From assembly GCF_020745735.1 (NCBI RefSeq), contig NW_026867443.1:248001-312000 (forward strand): a DNA stretch of 64,000 nt. The letters run 5' to 3'. Of this stretch, positions 59,440-64,000 are shown piece by piece. This stretch comes from Hemiscyllium ocellatum. Its lineage: Eukaryota. The notes below the pieces were generated by a model, which was not told the origin of the DNA, did no database searches, and worked only from the letters and a program-made list of their open reading frames with translations. How positions within the stretch are numbered: the stretch's first letter is position 1; each line of letters starts with the position of its first letter. The position numbers and the translations under genes were made by a program.

Positions 59440-62400
59440 GCTGGAAAAGGTTGAGATTCTGAAGGGAGATTGCAGAGTTAGGCAGGAATTTAAAAAGGAG
59501 GTCCTCAAAAGTAGGAATATCTGAATTATTCCTGGTGCTATGAGCTAGTGAGAGCAGGAATAGGAGGATAGAGCAGATTAATGCATGGCTGAGGAGCTGG
59601 TGTATGGGAGAAGGATTCACATTTCTGGATCTTTGGAAGCTGTTTTGAGGTAGAAGTGACCTGTACAAGAAGGACAGATTGCACCTAAATTGGAAGGGAA
59701 CTAATATACTGGCAGGGAGATTTGCTGGAGCTGCTCAGGAGAATTTACACTAGTAAGGTGGGCGGGTGGGACCCAGGGAGATAGTGAGGAAAGATTTCAA
59801 CCTGAGATTAGTACAGTTGAGAACAAAGGCAAGTCAAACAGTCAGGGCAGGCGGGGACAAAGCAGAGAACAAGGTAAGACTGATAAATTAAACTGCATTT
59901 ATTTCAGTGCAAGAGGCCTAACAGGGAAGGAAGATGAACATAGGGCGTGGTTAGGAACATGGGACTGGGATATCATAGCAATTACAGAAACATGGCTCAG
60001 GGATGGGCAGGACTGGCCGTTTAATGTTCTAGGATACAAATGCTACAGGAAGGACAGAAAGGGAGGCACAAGAGGAGGGAGAGTGGCATTTTTGATAAGG
60101 GATAGCATTACAGCTGTACTTAGGGAGGATATTCCCAGAAATACACCCAGGGAAGTTATTTGAATGGAACTGAGAAAGAAGAAGGGGATGATCACCTTGT
60201 TGGGATTATATTATAGCCCCCCTCCAGTAGTAAGCGGGAAATTGAGAAACAAATTTGTTAGGCGATTTTAGTTATCAGTAAGATTAATGGGGTGGTTATG
60301 GTAGGGGATTTTAAATTTCCAAACATAGAATGGGACTGCCATAGTGTTAAGGGTTTAGATGGAAAGGAATTTGTTAAGTGTGTACAAGACAATTTTCTGA
60401 TTCAGTATGTGGATGTACCTACTAGAGAAGGTGCAAGGCTCGACCTACTCTTGGAAATAAGGCAGGGCAGGTGACTGAGGTGTCAGTGGAGGAGCACTTT
60501 TGGTCAGCGACCATAATTCTATTCACTTTAAAATAGTGATGGTAAAGGATAGACCAGATCCAGAAGTTGAAGTTCTAAATTGGAGGAAGGCTAATTTTGC
60601 CAGTATTAGGCAAGAACTCTGAAAAGCTGATTGGGGGCAGTTGTTCACAGGTAAAGGGACAGCTGGAAAATGGGAAGCCTTCAGAAATTAGATAACTTGA
60701 GCCCAGAGATAGTATATTCTAGTTACGGTGAAAGGAAAGGCTGGTAGGTGTAGGGAATATTGGATGATGAGAGAAGTTGAGGGTTTGGTTGAGAAAAAGG
60801 ATGAAGCATATGCCAGATATAAACAGGATAGATTGAGTGAATCCTTAGATGGATACAAAGGCAGTAGGAGTATACTTAAGATGGAAATCAGGAGGTCAAC
60901 GACATGAGATAGCTTTGGCAAACAGGGTTAAGGAGAATCCAGAGGGGTTTTATGAATACATTAAGGACAAGAGGGTAACTAAGGAGAGAATAGGTGCCCT
61001 CAAAGATCAGCAAGGCGACCTTTGTGTGGAACCGCAGGAGATGGGGCAGATACCAAATGAGTATTTTGCTTCACTTTAACTGTGGAGAAGGATATTGAAG
61101 ATATAGAATGTAGGGAAATAGATGGTGATATCTTGAAAAATGTTCATATTACGGATGAGGAGGTGCCAGATGTCTTTGAAATGCATAAAAGTGGATAAAT
61201 CCCTAGGACCTAATTAGGTGAACACTAGAACTCTGTGGGAAGCAAGGGAAGTGATTGCTGGGCCTCTTACTGTGGTATTTGTATCCTCAATAGTCACAGA
61301 TGATGTGCCAGAAGACTGGAGGTTCACTAATTGGTGCCACTATTTAAGAAAGGTGGTAAGGACAAGCCAGGGAACTGTAGACCAGTCAGCCAGACGTCGA
61401 TTGTGAGGAAGTTATTGGAAGGAATCCTGACGGACAGATTGTCCATATATTTGGAAAGGCAAAGACAGATTAGGGATAGTCAGCATGGTTTTGTGCATGG
61501 GAAATCATGTCTCACAAACTTGATTGAGTTTTTTGAAGAAGTAACAGAAAGAATTGATGAGGGCAGAGCGTTAGACTGGATCTGTATGGACTTCAGTAAA
61601 ACATTCGACAAGGTTCCCCATGGAAGATTGGTTAGCAAGGTTAGATCTCATGGAATACAGTTAGAACTAGCCATTTGGATACAGAACTGGCTCAAAGGTA
61701 GAAGACAGAGGGTGGTGGTGGAGGGTTGTTTTTCAGACTGGAGGTCTGTGACCAGTGGAGTGTCATAAGGATTGGTGCTGGGGCAACTACTTTTTGTCAT
61801 TTACATAAATGATTTGGATGTGAACATAGGAGGTAGAGTTAGTAAGTTTGCAAATGACACCAAAATTGGAGGTGTAGTGGACAGCGAAGAAGGTTACCTC
61901 AGATTACACCAGGATCTTGAACCGATCGGCCAATGGGCTGAGGAATGGCAGGTGGAGTTTAATTCAGATAAATGCAAGGTGCTGCAGTTAGCAAAGCAAA
62001 TCTTAGCAGGACTTATACACTTATTGGTCAGGTTCTCGGGAGTGTTGCTGAACAAAGACACCTTGGAGTGCATGTTCATAGTTCCTTGAATGTAGAGTCA
62101 TAGGTAGGTAGGATAATGAAGAAGACATTTGGTATGCTTTCCTTTATTGGTTAGAGAATTGAGTATGGGTGTTGGGAGGTCTCCTAAACCACTTTTGGAG
62201 TATTGTGTTCAATTCTGGTCTCCTTCCTATCGGAAAGATGTTGTGAAACTGGAAAAGGTTCAGAAAAGATTTACAAGGATGTTACCAGGATGGGAGGATT
62301 GAAGCTATACAGAGAGGTTAAATAGGCTAGGGATGTTTTCCCTTGAGTGAGGGGTGACCTTACAGAGGTTTACAAAATCTTGAGGGACGTGGATAGGGCA

Positions 62401-62740
62401 AAGAGACCAAGTCTTTTCCCTGGGGTGGTGGAGTCCAGTAAGAGAGGGCATGGGTTTAGGGTAAGAGAGGAAAGATATAAAAGAGAATTGAGGAGCAACT
62501 TTTTCACGCACAGGGTGGTGTGAGTGTAGAATGGGGCTGCCAGAGGAAGTGGTAGATGCTGGTAAAATTGCAACATTTAAAAGGCATCTGGATGGGTATA
62601 TGAATAGGAAGGGTTTGGAGGGATCTGGGCCAGGTGTTGGCAGGTGGGACTAGATTGGGTTGGGATGTCTGGTCGGCATGGACAAGTTGGACCGAAGGGT
62701 CTGTTTCCATGCTGTGCATCTCTATGACTCTATGACTCTA
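59440..62740 (+). mobile_element. CR1/HER1 LINE: ORF1 end, ORF2 (EN-RT), 3' tail
   Basis: VMVGDFKFPNIEW, ORFs 61331-61768 and 61772-62089 (CMDFSKTFDKVPH; SKFANDTK), tail ctatgactctatgactcta. Confidence 0.92.
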
Positions 62741-63063
62741 GGAGGAGGCTGTTCAGCTCCTTGTGTCAGTACTAGCTGTTTACTAACCTCACTCACAATG
62801 AACATCTCCATTGAATTCTGGATTAGTGGTGCTGGAAGAGCACAGCCATTCAGCCAGCATCCGATGAGCAGGGCAGACGAAATGACCTGGAGTTGCAATG
62901 GGAAAGGGACTCCCTGAGATTCGTGTAGAGAGAAGCTCTTCAACCATGTCGTGAAACAAACTCGCTCCCACAGCCACATTTGCTTGTACTCTATGCTACT
63001 TTCTCCCCACTCCCACCCTCCTCTAGCTTATCTCTCCACGCTTCAGGCTCACTGCCTTTATTC

Positions 63064-63091
63064 CTGATGAAGGGCTTTAGCCCGAAACGTC
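63064..63091 (+). ncRNA. Minimal type-I hammerhead motif with intact core, in a Penelope pLTR (62985-63190)
   Basis: CTGATGA-A-GGGC ttta GCCC-GAAA-CGTC. Confidence 0.7.
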
Positions 63092-63239
63092 GATTTCCCT
63101 GCTCCTCGGATGCCGCCTGAACTGCTGTGCTCTTCCAGCACCACTCACCCAGAATCTGGTTTCCAACATCTGCAGTCATTGTTTTTATCTCCATTGAATG
63201 TCTATTGTGGGGAAGTAATTGAATCTGGTTTAGAGACAG

Positions 63240-64000
63240 AATGTCTGACAAATGTGAACAGACCAGACTAAGTCAGCATGGATTTAAAAGGGTCAGACAT
63301 CTTTAACTGGTTACATGTTTTAACGAGGTCACTAATGTGTGAGATAAGGGAATGTGTTGTTTATATGTACGTCCAGTTGACATTCAAGGAAGTTCCACAC
63401 AAGTGTTATAATGTTATAGTTGGAACAAAGAGATGACAGATAAACATATTCTGGATCTTTCTGCACAAATGAATTCTCAAATAAACCTCAGACATGTTGG
63501 TGAACTTGGAGTTTTATCAGAGGAAGGAGCTGAAGGAAATCAGTTATTGGAAGAAAATAGTTCTGGGAAAATTAGAGTGTCTTATATCAGCAGGGCCAAA
63601 TAATCTATTTTCAGGAGTGCTTCAGGAAGTGGTTACAAAATATGAGAAACATTGATGGTTATCTGTTTGTTGACTGTAGAATAAGTCCTACAAAATGGAG
63701 GGAGTTAATTTAACACGTGTATTGATAAAGAGAGAGAGAGGGGGAAAATAAGAAATTTTAGACCAATTAGCCAGAAGTCAGCAGTGGAGAAAATGCTCAA
63801 GTTCATTATAAAATATTTTATGGCTTAGCACTTTGAAAACAGTGGCAGAACTGGACAGAGTCGGCATGAATTGTCGAAAGGGAAACCATGCTTAAAAAAT
63901 CGACTGGAATTGTTTGAGGATGTAGTGAGTAGATTTGATAAGGGGGGGGGGCCGTGGATATGGTTTGTTTGGACTGTGTAAGGGGAGTAGATCGGTGGTT
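63240..64000 (+). mobile_element. CR1 RT fragments
   Basis: cagcatggattt and ttttagaccaattagcc...gggaaaccatgctt RT-start remnants. Confidence 0.55.

Overview
This is vertebrate DNA from a cartilaginous fish, inferred from HE1-type V-SINEs, HER1/CR1 LINEs and an NS4-type Ig light chain; a carpet shark is plausible but not provable. The only real gene is a cluster-type Ig kappa (type III/NS4-like) light-chain gene on the minus strand. It has a promoter (~44.04-44.12 kb), leader exon (43929-43977), V-J exon (43418-43742), an 11,458-bp J-C intron, an intact C-kappa exon (31631-31959) and a polyA signal (31100-31105). V and J are already fused with no RSS between them, and the junction is out of frame by 1 nt (TAA at 43438-43440), while every other part of the gene is intact. 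On the plus strand, an orphan C-kappa relic (19.39-20.18 kb) lost its splice acceptor and most of its exon through a ~308-bp deletion at AGT microhomology. An inverted paralog of the cluster's 3' flank lies at 7.95-10.29 kb. A frameshifted ankyrin-repeat exon relic lies at 23.3-23.7 kb. The rest is mostly decayed retroelements: CR1/HER1, L2, Tx1/L1, Penelope-like elements (many as fold-back hairpins with minimal hammerhead motifs), HE1 and SacSINE1-like SINEs, a Gmr1-like Gypsy relic and simple repeats. No rRNA, genuine tRNA or CRISPR array was found. All alignments were made by eye, so repeat boundaries are approximate (tens of bp).
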